Source: Candidatus Actinomarina sp. (GTDB lineage Bacteria; Actinomycetota; Acidimicrobiia; Actinomarinales; Actinomarinaceae). Taken from it: DNA of 64,000 bases. The position numbers and the translations under genes were made by a program. The notes under the pieces were generated by a model. It saw nothing but the letters and a program-made list of their open reading frames with translations. It ran no database searches and was not told the origin of the DNA. Shown here one piece after another: positions 54,714 through 63,869 of the stretch (the first letter of the stretch is position 1; every line of letters begins with the position of its first letter). The stretch is taken from contig JAYQJM010000005.1 in assembly GCA_038142145.1 (NCBI GenBank), positions 515,816 through 579,815 of the forward strand, written 5' to 3'.

Positions 54714-56563
54714 AATTGTTTCACATTCTCAAAATTTGAAAACTCTGTATATAAAGTATTTCTAAGATATGGTGTTTTATTCTCTGAAGAAATAATATCT
54801 ATAAATTGATCTTGGGTTGTTTCCTGTCCATGATCTGCACCAGATGCTCGACTTATATTCTCATTTATTAACGTACCACCCAAATCATTCACTCCAGCAT
54901 GCAATAGTTTTCCAGCCCCATCATGTCCAAGTTTTACCCAGCTTGCCTGTATATTATTTATTGAGTTATTGAAGTAAATTCTAGCTAATGAATGTATCAA
55001 GACAACTTCGTCCCAAGTTGGTCCTGTCATACTTTTTCCTTGTAAAAATATAGGTGAACCCATGTGAACGAATGGCAATGGAACTATTTCAGTAAAACCA
55101 TTGGTATTTTTTTGAATTCTTCTAATTAATGAAAAATGGTTTACCCAAGAATCAACATCGTCAATATGACCAAACATTATTGTTGCGGTTGACTTAATTC
55201 CTAAACTATGAGCTACTTCCATTACATAACCCCACTGGGATGATGTTATTTTGTCAGGACATAAATATTCCCGAATCCTATCGTCTAAAATTTCAGCTGC
55301 AGTTCCGGGTAAAGTATTTAATCCTGCATCTCTTAGAAGAGTTAAATATTCCTCTACACTTTTTCCTATCGTTTCTGCACCTTGCCAAATTTCAAGTGGT
55401 GTAAAACCATGTATATGCATATTTGGCAATTTTTCTTTAATCTTGGTTACCATTTCTAAATAGAAATTTCCTGTGTAATCAGGATGTATTCCACCCTGAA
55501 GACAAACTTCAGAAGCACCCATTTCATAAGCTTCAATTGTTCTATCAACAACTTCTTCAATATCTATTGAATAAGGTTTTTCTTTAAGATTTAAACTATG
55601 AGGACCTTTTGAAAATCCGCAAAAGCCGCATTTGTAATAGCATTGATTCGTGTAATTAATATTTCTATTTTTAACAAAAGTAACCCTGTCTCCATTTTTT
55701 TGAATATTTAATTCGTTAGCGATATTTGCAATTTCGTTTACTTTGCTTCCAGAAGTTAAGAACAAATTTTTCAAATCTTCATCTGAGATTTCTACGTTTG
55801 TTTGAATTTTTTGAATTATTTCAGCAAAATCTTTACTTTCAAAATTACTAATGTTGTTAAATGAAAAGTTTTTTAATTTTGGAATATTTTGACCAGATCC
55901 AGGGTACCAATTTGTATCCACTCTTTTATATCCCCTGACGTCTTTAGTTAGAAGAAATCTAGTAAAAGTCTCCTTACTAAACTCTTGACGAGCTTCATTT
56001 ATTGAAAATTTACTTGATATTAAAGTTGTTTCATATAAGTTGTAATCAGATTGATTTTGCAATTTATTTATATCCTCTATGCTCCAATCTCTTAACCAAA
56101 TTGAATCTATACCATTACTTATATACCTATCAGCTTCCTCAATTTCATTGACATATTTTGCCGTGTAGAAACTTTTGTTGAAGTTTAAATTATTCAAAAA
56201 ACTTAATTGTTCGAAATTATTAATAAGTACAACACCAGGCTTCAATCTTGAGAGAATTTCTAATGCTTCTTCTTTATTGTCACTAATGGTATAAACTAAC
56301 CTCTTTGAATTGAGTGAGTTAAACTCTTTCCAGTTTTCATCATCAACAAACCAGAAGTCAGAATCAATATCTAATGTTTTTGAAATAGTTTGAAAATTTT
56401 TACTGTGTATATTATTTAAATTCAATTTTAAATCGTCTTTTACAACGAACGAACTAGTACCTTCTTTTTTGCGTGAATTTAAATATATTTCATTATCGCT
56501 ATCACAAGGTCTAATTCTCAAAAAAGAAATATTACGATTTGAATTAAATTTTTGGATATCCAT
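54710..56563 (-). CDS. cofH: FO synthase CofH-type radical SAM subunit with a long N-terminal extension
   Basis: The CofH core begins about residue 258 of the track ORF (NINYTNQCYYKCGFCGF, GASEVCLQGG, GGTLINENI). The preceding region of about 245 aa has no motif I recognise. Start taken at ATG 56563, though 56605 is also possible. Confidence 0.8.
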   Translation of the reverse strand: MDIQKFNSNRNISFLRIRPCDSDNEIYLNSRKKEGTSSFVVKDDLKLNLNNIHSKNFQTISKTLDIDSDFWFVDDENWKEFNSLNSKRLVYTISDNKEEALEILSRLKPGVVLINNFEQLSFLNNLNFNKSFYTAKYVNEIEEADRYISNGIDSIWLRDWSIEDINKLQNQSDYNLYETTLISSKFSINEARQEFSKETFTRFLLTKDVRGYKRVDTNWYPGSGQNIPKLKNFSFNNISNFESKDFAEIIQKIQTNVEISDEDLKNLFLTSGSKVNEIANIANELNIQKNGDRVTFVKNRNINYTNQCYYKCGFCGFSKGPHSLNLKEKPYSIDIEEVVDRTIEAYEMGASEVCLQGGIHPDYTGNFYLEMVTKIKEKLPNMHIHGFTPLEIWQGAETIGKSVEEYLTLLRDAGLNTLPGTAAEILDDRIREYLCPDKITSSQWGYVMEVAHSLGIKSTATIMFGHIDDVDSWVNHFSLIRRIQKNTNGFTEIVPLPFVHMGSPIFLQGKSMTGPTWDEVVLIHSLARIYFNNSINNIQASWVKLGHDGAGKLLHAGVNDLGGTLINENISRASGADHGQETTQDQFIDIISSENKTPYLRNTLYTEFSNFENVKQF

Positions 56564-57653
56564 TTGTATCAATAATATTATTGGCTTTTTCAAAAATTTT
56601 ATCATTTAACCAATCTTTTTTTATATGACTTGGATAAACTGGCAAACGCTTGGTTAGTTTTTGCTCAGTAGCTTCGACATCCTCAGACAATTTTTTTAGA
56701 TTAGGCCATAAATGATCCGGATTTACCCAGTCTAAAGTTACTGGAGAAATTCCACCTAAATCATTAATTCCTGATTTAAGAAACTTATCGAGGTCTGTAG
56801 AAAGGTTTGGTGGAACTTGTATTGAAACATGATGCGCCGAGTAAATCCTGACTGTGGCGACAGCTCTTAAAAACAAATCATTAGTGATTTCAGGATTGTT
56901 TTTCATTTGAGTGTTAACTTTTGCTCTAAAATTTTGAAGTATTATTTCTTGAATTGCAGTATTTGTTTTTGTAAGTTCAATTATTTTGCAAATATCATCT
57001 ACCAATTCTTCCTTCGACTCTGTGATGCCTAACAATAAACCTGTAGTGACGGGATATTTTACTTCCTCTGCATTGTTTAAAGTTTCTAATCTTAAGTCAA
57101 CAAATTTTGTTGTTGTTTTGTAATGAGCTTTTCCTTTATCATATATTTTTTTAGAGAATGACTCAATCATAAGTCCTCCAGATGGAGAGTATTGTTTTAA
57201 ATCTTGTATTTCAAATTTAGTCATTAATCCAGGATTAGCATGGGGAAATAGAGTTGTACTTTCTAATACTGACTTCATAGAACTAACTAAATAATCATGC
57301 GTAGAATTAAATCCCAATTCATTAAGTTGATTTGCTGCTTCTTTCCACTTTAATTCTGGTTTATCTCCTAAAGTGAAAAGTGCTTCGAAACAACCACTTT
57401 CCTCTCCTACTTTTGAAATAGCTATTACATCGTCGTGGTTTAAATAAACACCACCTTCTTTAGGAGATTTAACAAATGTACAATATGCACACTTATCTCT
57501 ACACAAGGTTGTTAGAGGAATAAAGACTTTAGGACTGTAAGATATAACATCCCCAAACTCTTTAATTTTTATTTCAAAAGCTTTATCTAATAATTCTTGA
57601 GTAGAGACTTCTCCAAAAAGCATTGAAGTAATTATTTGCTTTAAATCATTCAT
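56544..57653 (-). CDS. cofG: FO synthase CofG-type radical SAM subunit
   Basis: PLTTLCRDKCAYCTF (CxxxCxxC) and a CofG-like C-terminus (RLPVYPSHIKKDWLNDKI). Confidence 0.85.
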   Translation of the reverse strand: MNDLKQIITSMLFGEVSTQELLDKAFEIKIKEFGDVISYSPKVFIPLTTLCRDKCAYCTFVKSPKEGGVYLNHDDVIAISKVGEESGCFEALFTLGDKPELKWKEAANQLNELGFNSTHDYLVSSMKSVLESTTLFPHANPGLMTKFEIQDLKQYSPSGGLMIESFSKKIYDKGKAHYKTTTKFVDLRLETLNNAEEVKYPVTTGLLLGITESKEELVDDICKIIELTKTNTAIQEIILQNFRAKVNTQMKNNPEITNDLFLRAVATVRIYSAHHVSIQVPPNLSTDLDKFLKSGINDLGGISPVTLDWVNPDHLWPNLKKLSEDVEATEQKLTKRLPVYPSHIKKDWLNDKIFEKANNIIDTNGYPKI

Positions 57654-57715
57654 ATGTAATTTTTTTAAGGTATATTATTAGTTGATTGTAACAACTATTG
57701 AGTGATTAAGAAAAA

Positions 57716-58729
57716 ATGAAAAATATGGTAAATGTTTCTCTTGTTGGGTTTGGAAGGGTCGGAAGGGACCTAGTAAGACAATCTATCGAAAATGATAATA
57801 TAAACATAATTTCGATCTCGGATACCGCTGATAAATCAAATCTTATTTACTTACTTAAATATGACACTATTTATGGAAAGTTAAATGCTGAAGTTATTGA
57901 AACTGAAAACGGAATAAAAATCGATAATAAGGAAGTTTTATTTAATAATTGGAAAGATGCTTCCGAATCAGATTGGGAATCATTAAATACAGATATTGTT
58001 GTTCTAGCAACTGGAAAGCCTCAAAATAGCAATGAAGTTCAAATGCATCTAGAAAAAGGCTGTAAAAAAGTTATTATTGCATCTACACCTGAAGAGTTTG
58101 GAGATATTCAGATTTATGTACCAGGTGCGAATGATGAAGTTGTTGACTTTAGTAAAAATGTTTTCTCACTTGGTTCAAACACTGCAAATGCTGTAGCACC
58201 GGTTTTAAAAGTGTTAAATGATAGTTTTGGCATTGAAAGAGCTTTCTTAACTACAGTACATGGATACTCAAATTCAAATAGACTTGCTGATGTCGCTGGT
58301 GAAGGTTTTAGATTAAATCGTGCTGCTGGAGAAAATATTATACCAAGTATCACTTCGTCTTCAGAAGTTATTTCAGAAGTTGTCCCATTTATAAAAGGAA
58401 ATATTGCTTCATCTTCTATGACAGTGCCAATACCAGATGGAAGTACCGTAGATTTAACAATTGACCTTGCAAAGGAATCATCAATCGATGAAGTTAACAA
58501 TAAACTTTTAGAGGCTTCCCAAAATGAACTAAAGGATATTATTGGCTTAACTTATGACCCAATTGTTTCCTCAGACGTTGTTAAAAGTACTCTATCAGGA
58601 CTGGTTGATGGACTTGCAACTATGGGTATTGAAAATAGAAAAATAAAACTCATTATTTGGTTCGATAATGGGTGGGGTTATTCTGCCAGAATTATCGACA
58701 CAATTAAAAAATTAAGTCAGGAGCTCTAA
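57716..58729 (+). CDS. GAPDH-family paralog lacking the catalytic cysteine (predicted non-dehydrogenase)
   Basis: It aligns end to end with the downstream gap and keeps GFGRVGR, TTVHGYS and WFDNGWGYS. However, SNASCTTNCLAP is replaced by SLGSNTANAVAP (Cys->Asn at codon 58178..58180), TSTGAAKAV by SITSSSEVI, and MRVP by MTVP. Confidence 0.8.
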   Translation: MKNMVNVSLVGFGRVGRDLVRQSIENDNINIISISDTADKSNLIYLLKYDTIYGKLNAEVIETENGIKIDNKEVLFNNWKDASESDWESLNTDIVVLATGKPQNSNEVQMHLEKGCKKVIIASTPEEFGDIQIYVPGANDEVVDFSKNVFSLGSNTANAVAPVLKVLNDSFGIERAFLTTVHGYSNSNRLADVAGEGFRLNRAAGENIIPSITSSSEVISEVVPFIKGNIASSSMTVPIPDGSTVDLTIDLAKESSIDEVNNKLLEASQNELKDIIGLTYDPIVSSDVVKSTLSGLVDGLATMGIENRKIKLIIWFDNGWGYSARIIDTIKKLSQEL

Positions 58730-59733
58730 TGTCAAGAATTGCAATCAACGGTTTTGGTCGAATTGGAAGGTCCATATTAAGAATTATTGTTGAACAACAA
58801 TCAGATATAGAAGTTGTTGCTATTAATGATCTTGGTGATTACAAAAATCTAGCATACTTACTAAAACATGATTCAGTAATGGGTATTTTAAATGAAAACG
58901 TTTCAGTAGACGGAGATGTCATGAAGGTTGGTGACAGATCGATTAAATTAATCTCTGTAAAAGATCCAGCTAATTTACCTTGGAAAGATTTAGAAATTGA
59001 CGTTGTTATAGAGTCAACAGGTATATTTAGAGATAATGATTCTTTAAACAAACATTTAAATGCTGGAGCAAAAAAAGTTTTACTTACAGTTCCTCCAAAA
59101 GATGAAATAGACGCAACTATTGTCCTCGGTGTGAATGATGAAGATTTAAGTCCAGAACATAAGATTGTTTCAAATGCTTCATGTACTACGAACTGTTTAG
59201 CTCCAATTGCAAAAGTGTTGGATGATAATTTTGGAATAAAGTCTGGCCTCATGACTACTGTCCATGCTTACACCAACGACCAAGCATTAGCAGAAACTAC
59301 TCACAGCGACTTTAGAAGAGGAAGAAGCGCTACACAAAATATTATCCCTACATCTACTGGTGCCGCAAAAGCTGTTGGGATGGTCCTTCCAAAGCTTAAC
59401 GGAAAACTAGATGGTATGGCAATGCGTGTCCCTGTGCCAGATGGCAGCGTTGTTGACTTAGTAGTAGAACTAGAAAAAAATGTAACAATTGAAGAAGTTA
59501 ATAAGGCGGTCAAAGAAGCCGCGGAAAATGAACTAAAAGGAATTTTAGAATATTCAGAAGTCCCCTTAGTTTCAACTGATATTCTTAACAATCCCCATTC
59601 AAGCATTTATGATGCATCATCAACTCAGTTAATCGGAGAAAATCATTTAAAAGTTGTATGTTGGTATGACAATGAATGGGGTTATTCAAACAGGGTCGTT
59701 GATTTAATTGGCAGCCTTGTTTCAGATGGATAA
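58729..59733 (+). CDS. gap: Type I glyceraldehyde-3-phosphate dehydrogenase
   Basis: NGFGRIGR, SNASCTTNCLAP, TTVHAYTNDQ, TSTGAAKAV, MRVPVPDGS and WYDNEWGYS. The ATG overlaps the upstream TAA and is preceded by AGGAG. Confidence 0.95.
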   Translation: MSRIAINGFGRIGRSILRIIVEQQSDIEVVAINDLGDYKNLAYLLKHDSVMGILNENVSVDGDVMKVGDRSIKLISVKDPANLPWKDLEIDVVIESTGIFRDNDSLNKHLNAGAKKVLLTVPPKDEIDATIVLGVNDEDLSPEHKIVSNASCTTNCLAPIAKVLDDNFGIKSGLMTTVHAYTNDQALAETTHSDFRRGRSATQNIIPTSTGAAKAVGMVLPKLNGKLDGMAMRVPVPDGSVVDLVVELEKNVTIEEVNKAVKEAAENELKGILEYSEVPLVSTDILNNPHSSIYDASSTQLIGENHLKVVCWYDNEWGYSNRVVDLIGSLVSDG

Positions 59734-60142
59734 TTTACCAGAAGCACCAAAAGCTATAGGTAACTACACAACAATAAAACAAATCGGTGATCTTATTTAT
59801 ACATCTGGGCACATACCTGTAACTGATACTAAAAAATTTATAGGTAAAATTCCAAATGAAATTTCAATAGAAGAAGGCTACGAGGCAGCTAGCCTCTGTG
59901 CTCAATTAACAATTTCTACATTAACTTCAAGCAATATTGAACTTCATAAAATTACACCGATTAATATTGTAGGATTTGTGAATTCAGAAGAAAATTTCAA
60001 AGAACATGCGAATGTGTTAAATGGATTTACTGATGAGTTTGCAAAATATTTTAAAGATAAATCGACAAGATCAGCTGTTGGTGTGACTAGTTTGCCTCTA
60101 GGTGTTTGTGTAGAGGTACAATGTATTTTTCACTATGAATAA
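59726..60142 (+). CDS. RidA/YjgF/UK114 family protein
   Basis: Start at ATG 59726, overlapping the gap stop. PKAIGNYTTIKQIGDLIYTSGHIPV and the C-terminal VGVTSLPLGVCVEVQ are typical of the family. Confidence 0.7.
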   Translation: MDNLPEAPKAIGNYTTIKQIGDLIYTSGHIPVTDTKKFIGKIPNEISIEEGYEAASLCAQLTISTLTSSNIELHKITPINIVGFVNSEENFKEHANVLNGFTDEFAKYFKDKSTRSAVGVTSLPLGVCVEVQCIFHYE

Positions 60143-60839
60143 ATTAATAGCCATTTCTACAGGTACAAAAGAAGTACAGATGGCACCAGGTGAAATAGAG
60201 TGTACAGTTATTAATCAAGATTTTATTAATGTTTGTAATAGATTAGGTGCAACAGTTGTCATCGTAGGACCACATCAAGATACTGACTCTATAGACATAA
60301 GCAAATTTGATGCACTTGTAGTGACTGGTGGTGGTGATATAAATCCAACCTTATATGGACAAGAATTGGGTGATAAAACAATAAGAATCTCTGATAAAAG
60401 AGACTCGACTGAAATGGCTTTACTTAAATCTGCTGAGGAAAATAATATAAAAACATTGGCAATTTGTAGAGGTCATCAATTGCTTAATGTATATAAAGGT
60501 GGAACTCTTTTTCAAGATTTAATAGACCAAAACGTTACTGAGTTTAACCATGACAGACCATTTGATGAAGCAAGAGAGCACATACATGATGTAAACATAA
60601 ATGAAGATTCTAAGTTATTCAGCATTGTTAAAAGTAAAAATTTTCAAGTAAACTCAATTCACCATCAAGCTGTAAATAAACTGGGAGAAAGTTTAAGGAT
60701 TTCTGCTAATTCTAGTGATGGAGTTGTTGAGGGAATAGAATCCACAAATGGATGGGATGTAATAGGTGTTCAGTGGCATCCAGAAAATATGATCGACGAT
60801 CAATACAGTGTCAAAATTTTTGACTGGCTAATTAGCTAA
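60135..60839 (+). CDS. Class I glutamine amidotransferase-like / peptidase C26 (PuuD-type gamma-glutamyl hydrolase) family protein
   Basis: Nucleophile elbow LAICRGHQLLNV, plus SIHHQAV and GVQWHPE. Its start overlaps the RidA stop. Confidence 0.8.
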   Translation: MNKLIAISTGTKEVQMAPGEIECTVINQDFINVCNRLGATVVIVGPHQDTDSIDISKFDALVVTGGGDINPTLYGQELGDKTIRISDKRDSTEMALLKSAEENNIKTLAICRGHQLLNVYKGGTLFQDLIDQNVTEFNHDRPFDEAREHIHDVNINEDSKLFSIVKSKNFQVNSIHHQAVNKLGESLRISANSSDGVVEGIESTNGWDVIGVQWHPENMIDDQYSVKIFDWLIS

Positions 60840-61307
60840 TTTATCGAAGTTAACTTCAAGGCAACCTTCAACAAACGAAAAAAAATCCTTATTGTATGGT
60901 ATTTCAAAACTTTTGAACTCTTTTAGCTTACAGAAATAAGTTCCTTCGATAATCGAATAACTTTCAATTAAATCTAAACCATCATTTACTTTAGTATTCA
61001 CAAAAAAACCAATCCAAGGAAGATCATCTTTATTTAACAAGTCATTCTTATATTCGGTAGTTAGATACACGGCTTGGTTTCTTAGCTGAGATATACTCTC
61101 AATTGAGTCGAATCCTACAAATTTAATTAAGTTTCTATTTTTCAGGTGTTTCTTGAAATCTTCCACTACAAACTTTTCACCGTTAATTGTTAAAGAGATA
61201 CCCTTTAAATTAAATTCACGAAAAAAATAATCAATATTTATGTACTGATAACCTTTTAATGAGTGAGGTTTACCTAGTAAACCAATTGAATATAAAGAAT
61301 TAGTCAA
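60828..61307 (-). CDS. rimM: 16S rRNA processing protein RimM
   Basis: IGLLGKPHSLKGY N-terminal motif in a 159-aa protein, between the KH protein and the operon end as in the rpsP operon. Confidence 0.8.
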   Translation of the reverse strand: MTNSLYSIGLLGKPHSLKGYQYINIDYFFREFNLKGISLTINGEKFVVEDFKKHLKNRNLIKFVGFDSIESISQLRNQAVYLTTEYKNDLLNKDDLPWIGFFVNTKVNDGLDLIESYSIIEGTYFCKLKEFKSFEIPYNKDFFSFVEGCLEVNFDKLAN

Positions 61308-61551
61308 TAAATTCTATACTTGATTGCAAACCTTCTTCGTCTGCAGCCGCTTGAGCAACGGTACGAATAGCTCTTGCTACCCTTCCACGTTTACCAATAA
61401 CTCTCCCCATGTCTTCTGGAGCAGTCCTAACTTCAATAGTTACATTTTCATCATCAGAATCAGAAATATCCACTTTTACTGACTTTGTGTCTTCAACTAT
61501 TTGACTGACAATATACTCAACAACGTTTTTGACTATTGAATCTGATGCCAT
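61300..61551 (-). CDS. KH-domain RNA-binding protein (YlqC/KhpA-like)
   Basis: 83 aa with GRVIGKRGRVARAIRTV, in the conserved rpsP-KH-rimM position. Confidence 0.85.
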   Translation of the reverse strand: MASDSIVKNVVEYIVSQIVEDTKSVKVDISDSDDENVTIEVRTAPEDMGRVIGKRGRVARAIRTVAQAAADEEGLQSSIEFID

Positions 61552-61554
61552 TAT

Positions 61555-61953
61555 TTACTCTTCTTCTTTCGAGGTTTCTTCGTCAGAAGCTTCTTGTGAT
61601 TCTTCAGCTGATGCTTCTAGTTTTTTCTTATTAGCTTTGGAGCTACTTTTAATCTTTTCATCGGGTGCTTGAGGTATGGATACCACTTCACCTTTACTAG
61701 ACCTCCATTGTGCCCATGCACCAGAAATCTCCAAAAGTTTTTGTGCTCGCTCAGAAGGTTGTGCACCTTTATCAAGCCAAGAAACAGCCTTCTCAACATC
61801 AATTTCAACTGTTGAAGGATTGTGGTGTGGATTGTAAAAACCTAAATCTTCAATAAACTTACCATCTCTTGGTGAACGTGAGTCAGCAACAACAACTCTG
61901 TATGTTCTATTTTTTTTCTTGCCTCTTTGTGCAAGTCTTATCTTTACAGGCAT
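61555..61953 (-). CDS. rpsP: 30S ribosomal protein S16 with charged C-terminal extension
   Basis: MPVKIRLAQRGKKKNRTYRVVVADSRSPRDGKFIEDLGFYNP. Confidence 0.95.
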   Translation of the reverse strand: MPVKIRLAQRGKKKNRTYRVVVADSRSPRDGKFIEDLGFYNPHHNPSTVEIDVEKAVSWLDKGAQPSERAQKLLEISGAWAQWRSSKGEVVSIPQAPDEKIKSSSKANKKKLEASAEESQEASDEETSKEEE

Positions 61954-62079
61954 TTATTTCCTTAATTCAATTGCAATACATTATATTACATGAAGTAACA
62001 CTTAAAATGTACTTTTTATAGATTAACTTCTTCTCAAAAATAACTAGAAAAGAAATATCATTTTGGTAATCTATTTCTG

Positions 62080-62700
62080 ATGCAAATAATAGAAGTCAAC
62101 CATCCACTTAAAGAACATTATCTTTCGATATTAAGAGATAAAAATACAACTTCAGAAAATTTTAGAATTTATGCTGAAAAATTGTCTTTTATATTATTAC
62201 TTGAAGGGTCTAAAAATATTACATTAAAGGAAAAGCCTATTCAAACTCCTCTAACGGACACTACTGGTTATGAAATTGAAAATGATATTGTAGCAGTAGC
62301 TGTTTTACGTGCTGGCTTAGGTCTAGTTGATGGTATAAAAAATTTAATTCCAAGTACAGCCATAGGATACATTGGAGTTCAGAGAAATGAAGAAACTGCT
62401 GATCCAGAATATTATTACGAAAACTTGCCAGATCTAAAAAATAAAAACGTCTTTATATTAGAACCAATGCTTGCAACAGGTGGATCTTTAGCATTTGCAA
62501 TTGAAAAAATAAAAGAATTCAATCCTAAAAATATTATTGCTCTTACTGTTATTTGTGCACCAGAGGGCTTAGAGAGAATTAAAAAAGATCATCCTGAAAT
62601 TACGCTTGTTACAGCTAAAATTGATCAAAATCTAAATGAAAATTGGTACATAGTACCTGGTCTTGGAGACATGGGCGATAGGCTCTTTGGAACAACTTAA
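62080..62700 (+). CDS. upp: Uracil phosphoribosyltransferase
   Basis: The PRPP loop FILEPMLATGGS and the C-terminal YIVPGLGDMGDRLFGT. Confidence 0.95.
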   Translation: MQIIEVNHPLKEHYLSILRDKNTTSENFRIYAEKLSFILLLEGSKNITLKEKPIQTPLTDTTGYEIENDIVAVAVLRAGLGLVDGIKNLIPSTAIGYIGVQRNEETADPEYYYENLPDLKNKNVFILEPMLATGGSLAFAIEKIKEFNPKNIIALTVICAPEGLERIKKDHPEITLVTAKIDQNLNENWYIVPGLGDMGDRLFGTT

Positions 62701-63851
62701 TGAAAAGATGTTTTCTACTTATTATTGACTCCTTAGGAGTTGGAGAAGCTCCTGATGCTAAAGAGTATGGTGATGAAGGTACAAATACTCTAGGAAATGT
62801 AGGTAAAGCAGTCGGTCCATTAAATCTTCCAACGATGGAAAAATTAGGATTTGGAAAAATTACAGAAGTCAACGGACTAAAGAGAATTAACGAATCAACA
62901 GTAGGAAGGCTATCTGAAATATCTGTTGGAAATGATTCTACTACAGGCCATTGGGAGTTAGCAGGATTAATTACAGAAACAGATTTTCAAATTTATGAAA
63001 ATGGTTTTCCCGAAGAATTAATTTCTAAAATTGAAAATGAAACAAACTATAAATTTATTGGTAATCGACATGCTTCTGGAACACAAATTATTGAAGAATT
63101 AGGTGATAAACATCTTAATTCAGGTGAAATTATTCTTTATACATCTGGTGACTCTGTTTTTCAAATTGCAGCTCATGAAGATGTGCTTTCAATAGAAGAG
63201 TTATACGAGCTATGTGAAGTTTCAAGAAAACACTGTAATTCTTACAATATCGGAAGAGTAATAGCCAGACCTTTCAAAGGTAAAGCTGGGAATTTTGAAA
63301 GAACTTATGATAGAAAAGATTATGGGATAGAACCTCCTGGTGAAACAATATTAAGCCATTTAAGTAAAAATAATTTCACAACATATGGAATAGGTAAAAT
63401 TATGGACTTATTTGGTACTGAATATTTATCAAGTTTTGTACACACTGAAGGTGATGAAGACGGCTTAGAACTTCTTAAAAAAGAAATCAATAGCGGTAAT
63501 CATGATTTCACATTTGTAAATTTGGTCGATTTAGATATGGTTTATGGTCACAGAGAGGATCCTGAGGGTTATTATAAAGGACTTCAGTTAATCGATAAGC
63601 ATCTTGGAACTATAATAAATGAATTAAAAGACGACGATTTGTTAATTATAAGTGGTGACCACGGTACAGACCCAACTGATGGAAAAACAGATCACTCAAG
63701 AGAATATGTTCCCCTTATTGCATTTAAAAAGGAGTCTCAAAAATTGTACCTCGGAGACCTTCATGGATTTACCAATGTAGCTTCTACTATTTCAGAATAT
63801 TTTGGAATTGAAAATGTATTTCCAGGAACAAGCTTTTTAAACCAAATTTAA
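62700..63851 (+). CDS. deoB: Phosphopentomutase
   Basis: LLIIDSLGVGEAPDA, GNDSTTGHWE, VDLDMVYGHR and SGDHGTDPT. Confidence 0.9.
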   Translation: MKRCFLLIIDSLGVGEAPDAKEYGDEGTNTLGNVGKAVGPLNLPTMEKLGFGKITEVNGLKRINESTVGRLSEISVGNDSTTGHWELAGLITETDFQIYENGFPEELISKIENETNYKFIGNRHASGTQIIEELGDKHLNSGEIILYTSGDSVFQIAAHEDVLSIEELYELCEVSRKHCNSYNIGRVIARPFKGKAGNFERTYDRKDYGIEPPGETILSHLSKNNFTTYGIGKIMDLFGTEYLSSFVHTEGDEDGLELLKKEINSGNHDFTFVNLVDLDMVYGHREDPEGYYKGLQLIDKHLGTIINELKDDDLLIISGDHGTDPTDGKTDHSREYVPLIAFKKESQKLYLGDLHGFTNVASTISEYFGIENVFPGTSFLNQI

Positions 63852-63869
63852 TTTATTATTCTTAACAAT

